DNA of 64,000 nt from assembly GCA_027604505.1 (NCBI GenBank), contig JADIIX010000097.1:1-64000 (forward strand), written 5' to 3'. Position 1 is the stretch's first letter; each line of letters begins with the position of its first letter. The notes below the pieces were generated by a model. That model was not told the DNA's origin. It saw only the letters and a list, made by a program, of their open reading frames with translations, and ran no database searches. This document shows positions 39,186-54,600 of the stretch, one piece after another. The DNA comes from Gonapodya sp. JEL0774 (Eukaryota). The position numbers were made by a program, and so were the translations under genes.

Positions 39186-39928
39186 GGCCAGTCTCCTAGG
39201 GATAGAAATTTCGAAGCGTGGGCAATAAAGGGTGCTGTAAGAGAGTTAGAAACAGAACTGGTCAAAACTGGTAAAGTTGATCGTGTAATGAGCCCCGGCG
39301 GGTAATAGGTCCGTCCTGGGGGACCCGAGAATCGAGTATTAAGTGGTACCCGAAATGCAATGAAAGGCTGGCGTTCTGGTGAAGGGTTTATGGAATACTT
39401 TCGCGCTGGAAAGTTGCTCTCCCTCCAAGTGAAGCACAGCACAGGCAGGACAGGATTGGCCATCAAATTCACACCATCATGAGTAATCGAATCACTGACC
39501 GAAACTTGTTTATTGTCTGAGAAGCACTTCTGTACTTTGAATTTGAGATACGGCAACGCGCCCATCTTGGCGGGACTCTCAGCAAGATTTGATGTCCCAT
39601 TCTACATAGTATCCAAGAAAGGACGTAAAATACATTTCTCAACGACTAAGAGCGGCGTAAACAGGAACCTGGTGAGCAGTTCATCTAACGAGAAGCTCAA
39701 AACAAGTTGTGAGCTAGGCGGAGAGAAAATGTGGGGTAAAATATTTTTACTACTCTCCGTGATTTTATAGTCGGCTATTAGATTCTTGTGAAGCGATCAC
39801 CGAAAACCCCATTCGCAAATGGGGTCGGGGCGTTCGTGGTGTGGGGGTCATGATATCCGTCATCTTGCACCATTCTAGCTTCAACACACTGACCACCACC
39901 AACTGTCCGAACGAATCCGACTCATGAG

Positions 39929-42900
39929 ATGCCGCGTGACGGCGGACGAGCTAGTGGGGCAGGATCGTCCAGTGGCGGAAATAATGGAGGCGTATCCGGG
40001 TATGGGAGCGCTGGAGGAAACGGAGCCAGTGGTTTAAACGGAGCGATGGGGCAAGGACTGGGTCAGGCCGTGCTTGGATCTGGATCAGGAAGCACAAGGG
40101 GCACTGGCGAGAAGATCGGTGCTCGCTTGACGTTCTTTGCAATATTTAATCCAGCTTTGGGCCAGAGTGAAGAGAGTGAGCGTGAGCAACTCCTCTTTTT
40201 CCATCCAAAGGACTGGAGCAGCGACGACAAAATGAGACAAATCGGTCTCGCACAGGCGCTTGTCAATTTCTGCGGGGGATTCTCTCCCCGTTTGTGTGAG
40301 TCGGTCCATACTCAAAGATCCCGAATGGCGCTGAGAAGGGTCGAGCCCGACGCCGCGGGGAATGGGGGGTTTTGGATGCTCATTAAAATCAAGCTGCCTT
40401 CGGTGCGCAGACGTGGGGTCGCTCCTCAAACGCAAACACGGGCCAGCTCGGGTACAGCGTCCCCTGTCCCCGTGAAGGATTCCATAGAGTATCTTGACTC
40501 CGCGGTCGCCGACTCTGCGCTCCAGTTCGCGCTACTCGAAGCATACCGCACCTTTCGTCTCCTGCACGGCAGCTTCGCCACTGCGTGCTCTTTGAAATCC
40601 CCGGCCCATCTTCGCCGCATGTTAGATGTGTTTTTCTCCCGCTACATTCACCGTTGGACGGCTCTCCCCCTTCCCGCGATCACGTCGCACCCCTCGCTCT
40701 CGGCCCACCCAACATCTTCGTCTGCTGTGTCTTCGACCGTGTTGAACCTCTCTGCCTCCTCATCCTCCACGACATCCCCGTCGTCATCTTCAATGTCTCA
40801 CAGTGCATCATCCATATCTTCTTATTTCGAATCTATGGACCCCATTGCTGCGCTGGATGCCATGCCTGAGTCTCGTTTTGAACCAGCCGTATACAGAGAA
40901 GCCATTGAACTCTTACATGACATCCAGGACTGGTGTAACTACGAATTCGCCACAGAGTTTCCCAGAGCATCTGGAACAAAAGCTGATGGTGGCTCTGTGC
41001 CAACAGCAGTGGAATCGGGGGGCATGGGTGACGGTGGCCACCCGCGGCCTTCTCAAAGGCCCTCACCGAATTCCTCCGACTCCCACCGATCGTCATCGTC
41101 CCGCCCCGATGGCCCAACGCCCACTCAATCTTATCACTCTGCACATCCTTCGACGGGCTCGTCGTCACCGTCCATGCGCGCCCGAACTCCTCCACCTGGT
41201 CCCTCGGCAACCCCTCCGACGTCACCCTCCCACTCCATGCAAGCCCAGCGCCCTACTGGCCCACCGTCGACCTCATCTAAAACCTCTTCTTCCTCCACCT
41301 CGTCCAAACAGCACTTACCAGCACCTCGCCGTGTGCCTTTCGCTTCTCTTCCCGTTTCTAGCGCACCCCCACCGCCCTTCGTACCGCACTCAGCACTCTT
41401 TTTCAAGCACCACCTTGTTGCAACAACATTACCGAACCCGGGATCTTTGCGGCCTCTTTACGAATTTTTGTCGGATGGAGGTTGGGGAGTGGTGGAAAGC
41501 AGAATACGATCCCCAGGGGTGGGTGAGGTAAGTCAGAGAATGCGTGCCATAATGTAGAGAGGGTCACTGGTGTGGATTCTGTGGGAGCTGTGGATGGTAT
41601 GGAAGCGTTGAGTTGAGGTATGGTTCTGCATTCAGGCTGAGCAGTAACAGCAGCTGTGGAGTAAAGAGCTGTTACCTTCAAAGAAGTAGGCTGCGCTGTG
41701 GGCTCGGCTGTGGCAAATTGAGCTCGTAGAGCTTAAAGTTTCGCTCACGCGATCTCCACCCCAGCCGCCCATCCCCACCCGACCATCCTCCTACATCCAT
41801 CCCAATCTGCTGTCCCCTACCCCTTCTTCCTCCACCACATCAACATCAAATTTTCTTTCTCCCTTCTTCAAACCGTCCTCTGGGCCGTCACCTTCCCCAT
41901 CTTCTGTTTCTGCTTCGGCTTCGGCAACTTCTGCCTCCCCCGCATCACGCCGCCTCCATGCCAAATCCCAACCTCCATTTTCGGGATTTTTGACTGGCCC
42001 AGTTAGCTTGGTTGAGGCGGAAGCGAAAGTGGAGGTGCAAAGAGTGTGGTTGGGTGGGTTTGGAACTGAGGCGAACGCGGGTAGTGCCGAGAAGGGCGAG
42101 GGCGATTTGAGACCGTTTTGGGTCGTGATCTATCAAGTGAGTTTCGAGAGTGCAAGAGATGATGATCGTAGAAGGATGTTATTCGGGATGGATAGTATCG
42201 CTGAGTGTCGAACCCCTTGCATGACTGTGAATGTATTGCTGAACCCCCTAGCACCTCTCCGACACCACCCTCGTCCTCTTTGTCCCCGCTTCGCCTCTTG
42301 CTTCGCTGCCCCCCGGCTCAAAGCCTCCCCCAAGCCCCCCAGGCTCAGCTATGGGAGCCTCACCATCCAGGCCGGTCGGCATGTCCCGTTCAGCCTCGCT
42401 CACGGGTCGCCCCGAGGTGCACGGTGTGTATGCAAGTAACTGGGCAAGGGTCGCTGGATTGGAGTTTTATCATTTGCTGGAGGCGAGGTGGAGGGCGGGG
42501 CTCGAGAAGGTTGCAGAGCGAGCAGTCAATGGCTCTGCGAGGTGAGCAGCAATTCATTTGTCGAGCGTTTGACATCGCGGAAGCGATCAACGTCGATTTT
42601 TGTGTTGTTCTCCTAGTGATGATCTGCCCACACCCCGGTTTGTCCTGTTGACGCGACACCCTCCACCCACCACGTCCACACTCCGCACAGCACCACCCAG
42701 TGATGGTCACGTCACGGTGCGGACGAATATGGCACATGGGAGGGTTTGGAGTGAGGAAGTGTGGAAGGGTGTGGAGAGGTGTCGGGACGAAATGGCGCGG
42801 TATGTGTTTTCTGTGGGCAATCACTCACCAGAACCAGCAACTTCAAGTTTTGTTCAAATCTTTCAACTGAAAAGATCACCCTCGCTTACCACCCTCACCA

Positions 42901-43233
42901 TCAAACTTCCTCCCCCGATCGTCGGGGGATTGAGCTTAGGTGGTGGAGGCAACGGGTCTGGGGCAGGTGACCAGTGGGTGGTGGCGAGGAGGTCCGAAGA
43001 TGGAGGTAGGATGCTGATAGCCGTAGTAGATGGTCAGGGATGGGGTGAAGCGGAAGGTGAGTTGGGTCCAAGGTTACGGTGCATTTGCACGAAGTCGAGT
43101 GCTGACCTTTTATGTCCTCTGCCACGACCCCTAAATTCCATTTGTGTTTGATATTGTCATCTTCATGATTATCGCCATAGTGGAGCTAAGGAAGCTCCTG
43201 AGAACCATGCCCGAGGCGTTTGGGGACTGGTGA
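39929..43233 (+). CDS. CCZ1: Vacuolar fusion protein Ccz1 (longin-domain subunit of the Mon1-Ccz1 GEF), multi-exon
   Basis: FFAIFNPALGQSEESEREQLLFF...KMRQIGLAQALVNF..FS..CESVHTQRSR...VEP...FWMLI; C-terminal WVVARRS. Long Ser/Pro-rich inserts. Confidence 0.8.
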
Positions 43234-44104
43234 AGGGTGGTGGAGACACGCTTACTGTAACGCGTACTGTAACGCGTGTAGGAAGCCGGTCTTGGACAAA
43301 ACCAATGTGCAGAGAGATTGAATGGATCCGTCTACCCGTACATGTGTACGTTTGAAATTGCCGCCCAATGTATCGTTCGACCAATTCACCTGGTTCCAAA
43401 CTACTGTGCGAAATGACAAATAATAACACTTGCGGTGAAACATTTGCTAATGATTTTACTCATCTCGTAGTTGTTGACGTGTGTAAATTATGAACAAACT
43501 ACGATCATTCCAGCCTCACCTCACTTCGTTGAGAAAGAATCTTATCCAAAAGCTGCCGGTCTAAACCTTTTAGAAGGGCTCTCAATAACCCAAACTGCAG
43601 CATTAAAGGAATCGGAAGTGCCCCAACGTTTTAGGCCGTGCGAGCAGAGTTCGGACAGGACGCTGCGCTTAGGAACAACCAAAGCCGTGGACGTGGAGAG
43701 ACTTGACTTGAACAAAACAGTGATCAAAAACGTGAGTCTAATTCCTTGAAATTGATGGATCTGGATGGACGAACGGCGGTTTGAGCGAGCTTTTGGAGTC
43801 GGGATGATGGTGCTGCGCGAGGATTGCACTTCTCAGATTGAAGCCATTTTTACTCGTAATCTGGAGACTACAGTGTTCCCGTCATATTTCTGCGTTGTCT
43901 TTCAGCGTTGCGTGTCACGCCTCGCGATCTTTTCTCGCTCTTGTAACTTGTGACTATCGAGATCCACAAAAGCAAACCTGTGCTCAGATTTCTTGCTGTT
44001 CAGCTCATTCCGAGCTCTCCCTCCTACTCAGCGAAATTCGGCCACTAGAGTGTAACACCTCCCCTTAATCCAGTGCATCCACCGCCCCACGACCTCACCT
44101 CGCC

Positions 44105-47100
44105 ATGGCGGAGGAAGTCGGCCGTCGAATTCAATATCAGTACACCGCGAACTCCAACCTCGTCCTACAAGCTGATCGTTCTCTCATCACCCGACGCGAT
44201 AACGAACCCACGGGTGAAGCGGAGTCGCTCTGGGGGAAAATCAATCCGAAGGGCTTCGGTGACCGGGCGCAGAGGACTGTGGACGACGAGAAGAAGAAGA
44301 GAGAGGAACGAAAGAAGGAAAAGGAGGAGAAGAGGAAGAGAAGAGCTCAGGAGGGCGGGACCGGTGCGGGTGGCTTTGAGGATGAGCTTGACGATGGGGT
44401 GGGGAGGCGGAAGGAGAATCAAAGGTGAGTTTTGTTTGTCTAATTGATTGTTACAGCGCCCTCTTCAAGTATTTGAGATGGCGAACGTGAGAGCCAACTG
44501 GAGGTCGAGTTTACTTCTGTCTCCAAACGTTGGCAAGGGTTTTCTGGGTGGTGAAACCATCGCAGACCAAAGCATGAGGAGCAATCAAGGAAATTCCTGG
44601 CGCTGCCCGCCGAGTCTTTCCTTTACTTACATTCCGTTTATTCTAATTTACACGCTCTCTCTCCGCACCGTCTCAGGGGGGCTTCTAACATCCTCTCTGC
44701 TACCGACCTCGATGCAGAAGTTGCATACCGCCCGCGTACGCGGGAGACCCGTCAGGCTTACGAACTCATTTTAGCGTTTTGTCAACAGCAGATGGACGAT
44801 GTGAGCAGAGATGTCCTGAGGGATGCGGCAGATGAGACGATTGCAGTATTGAAGGATGAAAGTTTGAAAGTAGGTCTTGTGCTGTGCGGACTTCGGTAGA
44901 TTGAATTCTCATGGCGATTGGATCTTATTGCTTCGCTGGGCGATCTCCAACCAACCCTCCACTGCCCAATCCCCCCTCACCCCCTTCCGTCCCCCACTGC
45001 CATGCAGGACCTCGACAAGAAGACTTCCATCGAATCGTACCTCCGACCTATGTCATCTGAGCGTTTTGCGCAAATTGTCGCGCTCGGCAAACGCATCACC
45101 GATTATCGCCCCCCCACAGACGATGCAGGCGGTCCTGCTGCTGACGACCGAGACCGTGCCGCGACGATGGATGAGGAAACGGGTGTTGCGGTAGTGTTTG
45201 ATGAAGAAGAAGACCAGGATGATGAAGAGGAGGATGAGGATGTTGAGATTGTGAGAGAAGAAGAGGATGACGATGAAATGATGGATGACGGGAGGGAAGG
45301 GGTGGAGGCGGATGCGGGGAGTGCGTTGCGGTATGCGGATGGTGGAGATGGCAAAAATGATGACAATGTGGACGACGAGGAAGGCACGGAGAGGATTGTG
45401 CTGTCGAGCGAGAACGTCCGTGGTGGGAAGGGCGCCGAAGGCCGACGAGGCGACGATGCAACCACTGCCGCAGGATCCTCTGGCACTTTATTATCCGTAC
45501 ATGACATCGACGCATTTTGGCTTCAGCGTGCCGTGTCAAGGCGATACCCGGATGCAGTCACTTCGCAGCGAAAGACTGAGGAGGCGATGCGAGTGTTGGC
45601 GTCAAGTGCAGATGCACGAGAGGCCGAGAATCTGCTTATGGAGCTCTTCGAATACGAGCACTTCGACCTCGTCAAGGATTTAGCTAGGAACAGAGCATCA
45701 GTGGTGTGGGGAACTAAATGGGCAAAAGCTGGCAACGACCAGGAGCGGAGAGAAGTAGAGGCGGAAATGGAGGCCAGTGGAGATGCCGCAGTGAGGTCGG
45801 CATTGGCCGCTTTGAAGGGAGGAGAGAGGAAGGCGAAGGGCGAAGGGCTCCGGCGAAAGGGTGTCGTGGAAGGCGCAGATAAGATGGACCTTGACGACAA
45901 GCCGGGAGTAACAGTGACAACGGCAACTGGACAGACTGTGGAGACGGCTTCCCGGCCAGGAGGCGGGAGAGGCAAGTTTACCGCACCCGCTACAAGACCT
46001 CCGCGCCAACTGTTGGATTTAGATCAGATCGCGTTCACGCAGGGCAACCATGTCATGTCTAACAAGAAATGTCGGCTGCCCGAGGGATCTTTCAAACGCA
46101 CTAAGAAGGGATATGAGGAGATTCACGTACCGGCGCCCAAAGCGAAGCCGTTTGCCAGCAATGAGAGGTTAGTTGAGATTGCCGAGATGCCTGAATGGTC
46201 GCGCAAGGCGTTCCCCAACACTGCCCAGCTCAACCGAGTGCAGTCTCGAGTCTATAAATCTGCCTTTGAAATGGACGAAAATATGCTCCTGTGTGCGCCG
46301 ACTGGTGCGGGGAAGACCAACGTGGCAATGCTAACAATCCTGAGAGAGATTGGCAAATACCGCAACCCTGAGACCGGAGAACTCGCACTAGACCAATTCA
46401 AGATTATCTACGTTGCACCCATGAAAGCGTTGGTTCAAGAGATGGTGGGGAACTTCGGAACACGGTTGGCATCATTTGGAATTAAAGTTGCGGAGCTGAC
46501 GGGTGACAGGCAAATGACTAAGCAGCAGATTGCCGAAACACAGATCATTGTCACGACCCCCGAGAAATGGGACGTCGTGACACGTAAAGCCACGGATCGG
46601 AGCTACACTAACTTGGTTCGCTTGCTCATCATTGACGAAATCCATTTGTTGCATGATGACCGTGGTCCGGTTCTCGAGAGTTTGGTCAGCAGGACTCTGA
46701 GGAACATTGAGACGACGCAAGAGTACGTAAGACTGGTTGGTCTGTCTGCCACGCTGCCCAACTACGCGGATGTCGCCGTGTTCCTGCGGGTGGACCCGCA
46801 GAACGGTCTTTTCTTTTTTGACAACACATTCCGTCCTTGTCCTCTGAAGCAACAGTATATTGGCATCACTGAGAAAAAAGCGATAAAGCGGTATAACATG
46901 ATGAATGAGATCTGTTACGACAAAGTGATGGAGGAAGCCGGCAAGAACCAGATGCTGATTTTCGTTCACTCTCGGAAGGAGACTGCCCGGACTGCTAAGG
47001 CCATCAGGGATATGGCTCTTGAAAAAGATACCGTTGGCAAAATTCTGAGGCAGGATGCCGCGAGCAGAGAGATTCTCCAGACCGAAGTCAACGACGTCAA

Positions 47101-50100
47101 GAATGCCGATCTCAAGGACCTCTTGCCGTACAGTTTTGCTATTCATCACGCCGGAATGACTAGGGCGGATAGAACCTTGGTAGAAGATTTGTTTGCAGCG
47201 GGTCACGTTCAGGTGCGTTGACCTTCCTACACTTCGACTTTCTACCTTCCGCAACTGTTTTTCTCACAAGATAACTAATCTAGGTTTTGGTGTCTACTGC
47301 GACTCTCGCGTGGGGTGTTAACCTTCCCGCTCACACCGTTATCATCAAAGGAACCCAGGTGTATTCCCCAGAGAAAGGACGCTGGGTTGAGCTATCACCG
47401 CAAGACATGCTTCAGATGTTGGGTCGTTCCGGACGTCCTCAGTTTGATACGTTTGGGGAGGGTATCATCATAACTTCTCATGCGGAGCTGCAGTATTACC
47501 TATCACTTCTGAACCAGCAACTTCCAATCGAATCGCAGTTTGTGAGCAAGCTGCCTGATAACTTGAATGCTGAGATTGTCCTTGGTACCATTCGCAACCG
47601 TGACGACGCAGTTCAGTGGCTTGGTTACTCTTACCTGTATGTGCGAATGTTGAGGAACCCCGGGTTGTACGGAATATCCCCGGAGGAGAGTTCCGATGAC
47701 CCTTACTTGGAACAGCGGAGAGTTGATCTTATTCACTCTGCGGCAACTATGCTGGATAAGAGCAATCTAATCAAGTATGACAAGAAGACAGGTCGTTTCC
47801 AGGTCACGGAATTGGGTCGCATTGCAGCTCACTACTACATCTCTCACACCTCGATGGCTATGTACAACCAGCATTTGAAACCTAGTATGAGCCTCATCGA
47901 TTTGTTTCGAGTGTTTGCTTTATCCGACGAGTTCAAGTATATCCCTGTTCGTGAGGAGGAGAAGCTTGAACTGCAAAAGCTAATGGAAAGATGTCCAATT
48001 CCCATCAAGGAGAATCTGGAAGAACCTACCGCCAAGGTTAATATTCTTCTTCAGTCGTACATCTCTCAATTAAAGCTGGAAGGGTTTGCTCTCATGGCAG
48101 ACATGGTGTACGTGACGCAGTCAGCAGGGAGACTTCTAAGGGCAATCTTCGAGATCTGTCTCAAGCGGGGATGGGCGCAAATCTCCCGTAGGTCCTTAGA
48201 CCTCTGCAAAATGGTGGATAAGCGGATGTGGTTATCAATGAGTCCTCTGAGACAATTCAAGAGCACTCCACCGGATATTATCAAACGATTGGAGCGGAAA
48301 GAGTTTCCTTGGGACCGATATTACGACTTGAACCCCCAAGAGTTGGGGGAATTGGCTGGTCTGCCCAAAGCTGGTAAACTCATCCACAAGTTCGTACACG
48401 AGTTCCCAAAGCTCGAACTTCAGGCACGTGTGCAGCCCATCACTCGCTCGCTCTTGAAAGTCGACTTGACAATCACTCCAGACTTCCAATTCGATGAGAA
48501 AATCCACCTAGGAGGCGCCGAGCCTTTCTGGATCGTCGTTGAGGATGTGGACGGAGAAAACATTCTGTTCCATGATATATTCCTCCTCAAGCAGCGGTAT
48601 GGACAGGAAGAGCACTTCGTCACGTTCACCGTGAGTTTCAAATAGTTCATTCCTAAGTTGCGAGTTCTTATGATGTATTCCGTAGGTTCCCCTATTCGAA
48701 CCACTCCCTCCCAATTATTTCGTCAGTGTCGTCAGTGACCGATGGCTTCACTGCGAGACCCGCGTGCCGATCTCTTTCAAACATCTTATTCTTCCTGAGA
48801 AGTATCCGCCTCACACGGAGCTGTTGGATCTGCAGCCCCTGCCAGTCTCCGCTTTGCGAAATAAAGAGTTTGAAAATCGTTACAGCGAGATTGGTATAAA
48901 GACTTTCAATCCGATCCAGACGCAGGCGTTCAATTCTCTGTACAACTCAGATGACAACGTTTTTGTTGGAGCTCCTTCGGGCTCCGGAAAGACAATCTGT
49001 TCCGAGTTTGCTCTAATGCGTCTTTGGACTCACAACCCACGTGCGCGGTGCGTTTACATTGCACCTTTCGAGGAAGTTGTGGAGCACAAAGCAGCAGAGT
49101 GGCGTGAACGATTCGGCCAGGTGCTGGGAGGGAAGAACATTGTAGAGTTCACTGGAGAGACTGCAGCAGATCTCAAATTGTTGGAGAAAGGGGACATCGT
49201 CTTCTCCACGCCCGAACGTTGGGACGCCATCTCCCGCAGGTGGAGGCAAAGAAAAAATGTTCAGACTGTGGGACTGTTCATTATGGATGAAATTCACTTG
49301 GTGGGCGGGGAGGGTGGACACACGATGGAAGTCATCACCTCAAGGATGCGCTTCATCTCTGTCCAAAAGGAGAAGCAAGGTGAACCCAAAACCCGAATCA
49401 TTGCTTTGGGTACTTCACTTGCCAATGCCAGAGACCTGGGCGAATGGATTGGAGCAACTACTCACTCTATCTTCAACTTCCATCCCAACGTGAGGCCCGT
49501 ACCACTCGAGATCGTCATTCAAGGTTACAATGTCCCACACTTCGCTTCGCTCATGCTTGCCATGACCAAGCCGACGTATCTCGCACTTGGAGATAAGCCT
49601 GCAATCGTTTTCGTGCCTAGTAGGAAGCAAGCCCGTCTCACCGCGGTAGACTTGCTGACTTACTGTGCTGCGGACGACGAGGAGCGCCGCTTCTTGCATG
49701 TCAAAGATGAGGAAATGGAGCCACATTTGAAACGTGTGCAAGACAAGTCGCTCGTGGAAGCTCTCAGCTTGGGTGTCGCGTTTTATCATGAGGCACTGAG
49801 CAAAAACGACAAGCGTATTGTTGAGCGGTTGTTCACGATTGGCGCCATTCAAATTGTCGTCGCGAGCAGGGAAACTTGCTGGGGTCTCAATTTAAAGGCT
49901 CAAACGGTTGTGATAATGGGGACGCAGTACTACGAGGGCAGGGAACACCGTTACGCCGATTACCCTATCACAGATGTTTTGGAAATGATGGGCAAAGCAA
50001 CGAGCACGGATGAAAACGAAACCGGGAAGTGCATCCTCATGTGTCAGGCGGTGAAGAAAGATTTCTACAAGAAGTTCCTTTATGATGCTTTGCCCGTGGA

Positions 50101-51471
50101 AAGCCACTTAGACCACTACCTTCACGACCACTTTAATGCGGAGATCGTCACGAAAACGATTGAAAACAAGCAGGATGCAGTTGACTACCTCACGTGGACG
50201 TTCCTCTTCCGCCGTCTGACTCTTAATCCAAATTACTATGGCCTGCAGGGCAAAACCCCACGACACTTGAACGATCACTTGTCTGAATTGGTTGAGAAAA
50301 CCATTACCGATTTGGTGAACAGCAAGTGTATTTCCGTTGAAGACGATATTGAAGTGAACGCTCTCAATCTCGGAATGATCGCTGCCTTCTACTACATAAA
50401 CTACGCAACTATTGAGATGTTTGAGCTATCGCTCACTTCAAGTACCAAACTTCGTGGCCTATTGGAGATCGTTGCTGCTGCCGCAGAGTTCGAGACCGTC
50501 GCCATCCGGCTCCATGAAGATATTGTACTGAAGCGGCTGTACGATCGGTTGCCAGTAAAGTTGACCAACCCCAACTTTAATGACCCTCACATCAAGACCA
50601 ACATTCTTCTGCAGGCACACTTCTCGAGGCTCACTCTGCCCCCCGACCTTGAGTCTGACCAGCGTTCTATTTTGACGAAAGTCCTTAACCTCATCCAAGC
50701 GGCGGTCGATGTCATCAGTAGTAACAGCTGGCTTTCACCTGCGCTCAGTGCGATGGAATTGAGTCAAATGTGCGTCCAGGCAGTGTGGGATAGGGACTCG
50801 CAGTTGAAGCAAATCCCTCACTTTACCAACGAGATGATCGAGATTGCAAAAAAACTTGAAGTCGAAACAGTGTTCGATATTTTGGAGATGGACGATTCTA
50901 AGAGACAAGAGCTTTTGAAAGGCCTGAAACCAGTTCAAACGTCAGAGATTGCTAAGTTTGCTAATCGGTATCCCAACATCAGTGTTGCATTCAAGGTAGA
51001 ACCAAAGCAGGTGGAGGCTGGTGAGCAGGCTGTCGTGCTGGTAACCTTGGAGAGGGAGGCCGACGAAGAGGATGAAGAGAAGCCAACTGATGTAGGGCCT
51101 GTAATCGCTCCGTTCTTCCCTATGAAGAAGGATGAAGGATGGTGGCTTGTTTTGGGCGAACAGAAGAAGAAGAGCTTGCTAGCAATCAAGCGAACAACAC
51201 TCCAGCAACGTGCGACGGTTAAGTTGGAGTTCACTGCACCTGAAGTGCCGGGCCAATACGACTTGAAATTGGAGTTCATCTCTGACTCATTCATTGGAGC
51301 CGACCAGGTTTGTGGGCTGTTTGGAAGTTTTTGTTTTTTTTGACTCCTTGCGGTCTCTGATTAAACCTACCTCCTTGTTTCATCCATTCGCAGGAGTACG
51401 TAGTGTCGTTGGAAGTCGTTGAGGGTGAAGGAGGTTCGGATGAAGACGAGGACGAAGAAATGGAGGGATAG
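44105..51471 (+). CDS. BRR2: U5 snRNP 200-kDa Ski2-like RNA helicase Brr2/SNRNP200, multi-exon
   Basis: [74 protein letters not shown]; a second helicase cassette [13 protein letters not shown] and Sec63 domains. Confidence 0.98.
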
Positions 51472-51676
51472 AGGCGAGAAGACGACGCGACACCTATTGT
51501 GCCTATTGCATGTATATTTTGCCAAGAAATCGAAAGCTGACATTTTTCTACATTATGAATCTGTGTACCGTAGTGTATAAGTCCCCCCAAGGTCCTTTCC
51601 CGTTTGACAAAGGTTCCAGTGAAAGACGAAAAAGCTATTTTTCACGGAGAGGAAAACCGATTGCGACTATCCAGGT

Positions 51677-54600
51677 CTAAGTTTCTGTCGTGGTGTGTGC
51701 TGTAAGCAGATTGGGAAGATGCGTGGGTGTGCTCCAGCCTTTCACCATGTCTTTCCTTCCGTTTAACCGCCGCCATGCAGTTTCAATAATTTTACCGACA
51801 AGATCGGCATACTTGAGTCCTTCAAAATTGGCCATGTACGCCAACTTTCCATCCCAACACCAACCAGGGTTAGGGTTGACCTCAAGAAGTTTAATCGTTC
51901 CACCCAAACCATCGTAGCCATCTCCCTTCCCGACGTCGCTGCGAAAATCAAATCGAGCATAGTCCACACAGCCAAATCTCTCCCAGAGTACAACGCAATG
52001 CCTGCGCAGATCTCTCTCCACTGTGGGGTGGAGTTGCGCTGGACGGTATTTGATTTCGCTCCAGTAGGGGGAATTTGGATCCCATTTGCTTTCGTAGCCC
52101 AGAATAGGCGGTAAGTTACGCTCCACAATCTTGGAGTAATCCACTTCTAGAGTCGGGAAGAAATGGAATCCAGTTTCGGCGTTACCAATCATCCCCACAC
52201 CATACTCAGTACCCTGAAGATATTCTTGGACAATCATATCACGTATTCCCCAGGCGCTAAGCTCCTTCATATACGCTTCAAGTTCCGATTTGTCCCTCAC
52301 GATGGATCTCGTTGTTATCCCCAAGGAGTTGTCCCCTTTCACAGGCTTCACAAACGAGGGGTATCCAACCCTGCGGATGACCAATTCGTGTAGCTCATCA
52401 AGGCTTGCTGCTGTTCTATTTGCCGACTCGGTTGTTGTCGTCTCATCCGGCGAGGAGTAATACACCTCTCGAGGGATGGGCACATTGAGAGTTTTGGCGG
52501 TTCTGTTTACAAGCCCCTTGTCATAGCAGAACGCAAGGCAATTCGGACCAGCTCCTGTGTACGGTATCTCAAGGACATCCATAATCGCGGGGATATGAAG
52601 TTCTTTGTTTGCATCATTGTCGAATCCCTCGTCACACAGGTTCAGCGCGAATTGAGGACGGTCAGTTTTGGCTGGGCTCGCCCACTCCCGCAATAGCCGA
52701 GAGTGGTCCGAGAAGACACTAAGATTTCCAGCCTTTTCTGAGAATCCAACGTGAGCGAGCGCGTCGAGCAACTTGCGCCTGGTCTCCATGTCCTCCGCGT
52801 TCCACGTGTTGTTGAGCTTGCCGAAACAGGGGCGACTTGGATCCCCAAGAACGACACTTAAATGAGGAATGTGTGAGACGAAGTCAAACTGTTGGTCATG
52901 AGTGGCTAGTGGCAATGACTCGGACAGAACGTGGACACCGTCCGGGAAGTTGTCAGAATGTTTGAAAATTGAGAGCGACGAAGCACCTCCATCCGTCCCA
53001 CTATGTAAACAAGAGCAATGCAATTGTCAGCAACCGAACACAGTAGTCGACTATTCTACAGAGTGGTTATCTCACCTGTTCGTTTCATCATCGGCCACTA
53101 TGGTTTCAACCGAGATGGCCTTACAAGCGATCACCGTATCTGGAGTTGATGAAAGTTCGTCTGTATGTACTTGGGGATGTGCAGCCATCTGAACCTGCTG
53201 GAATATCTGAACCAAGCACTTAGATCATTTTGGAAATGCGACTTTCGGTCAACTCTCTGTAGGTTCACCTCATGAGCGGCATCGCTGCCATATTCTTTGG
53301 CAAGCTTGAAGTTATTAGGGTCGTCATTGTCGTCTCCAGGTTCTTCATCAACAATACCTGTCTCCAGCGCCATCTTCTCCCTGTGTATACTAGGGAGCAT
53401 CATCCAGCCCCCTTTCTCGTCGCGCTCCGAGTCTACCCTAGGAAGATCTTCAGGACCTCCTGCCTTGTAAAATTTGACAAGGATGCGCCGTTCCATCATC
53501 CCCAGATCTTCTTGCCTCTTCGACAGCTCCTTTGCAACTGTGACAACACCGGCGTCACCACGTTCTACTATCCCTGAATCGGAGTCGCGGGCCGTCTTGG
53601 AACCACGCTCATCTTCACTGTCGCAAGAGGAGCCGTTGGGTTGAGCTGAGGCGAGGTGAGGTCCACTGCCGGTGGCGGAATCACTGGTTGGACTTGGGCT
53701 CGGGGCGGCACCGCGACTCTCTTCGTCCCGTACGATGAGAAACCCGGCACGCCGCACGAGCTCCTCTATCTCGTCTCTTGAGTAAAGTCTTTCCTGATAA
53801 AATTGATCCCGCACAACTCCCTTCCCAACGGCGGTGATGACCTCACGGGAAACGAGGCGCTTGCCGTCTGCCGATAGTTGGCGCTCACGACATACAAACG
53901 TCGCGTCGTCAACCCACTCCCAACTGCGTTCTGCAAAGCTACTCCTCATATGTTCACCATCTGTCAGGTCGAGGACACCGCGACCTCCCGGTGCCATAAC
54001 ACGATGAATTTCTGCGAGAACTCTCGCATCCTCCTCATCTTCGGCGTGATAACCAAATGAATTTCCCATGACCAAGACACAGTCGAACGCGGAGTTCGGA
54101 TAGGGAATACGACGTGAATCTCCCACCGTGAAACGGGCGTTGTGGGTGGAGACTGTGTGGGTAGCGCGTTCACGTGCTAAATTGATAAGATAGCTGGATT
54201 GGTCGTGACCATGAAGATGAAGGTGGGGATATTCTTGAGCCAGAAATAGCAGGTGGCGGCCTTGACCGCAACATAAGTCTAGGACGCGAGATGGGGCTTT
54301 TGAAGCTGGGGATGAAATGTTGGAGGATGTGAAATTAGAGGTATGGCACTCTTTTGGTAGACGATTAGAATTTCATCGCAGATGAAGTCGTTGTGGCTCA
54401 ATTTCGCTGAAAGATTTAGCCTGTGTCCTCCATGCTCCTAGACGCAACACTCTACCCCACAGACTTCACCTCGAGGTCAACGCAGGGGAACCAATCTCAG
54501 GCGCAAAAGCTTCGTCATTGTCAAGCTTTCGAGATTTGTTCGCCTCTGGACTTCATATTGCCAAACTGAGACCGCTCTCCATGTCAGTGTCAAGCCCGTA

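Noticed and set aside
46472..47254. 260-aa antisense ORF, and similar shadow ORFs over other genes
   Set aside because: Antisense to conserved BRR2 coding sequence; a codon-bias artefact with no motifs.
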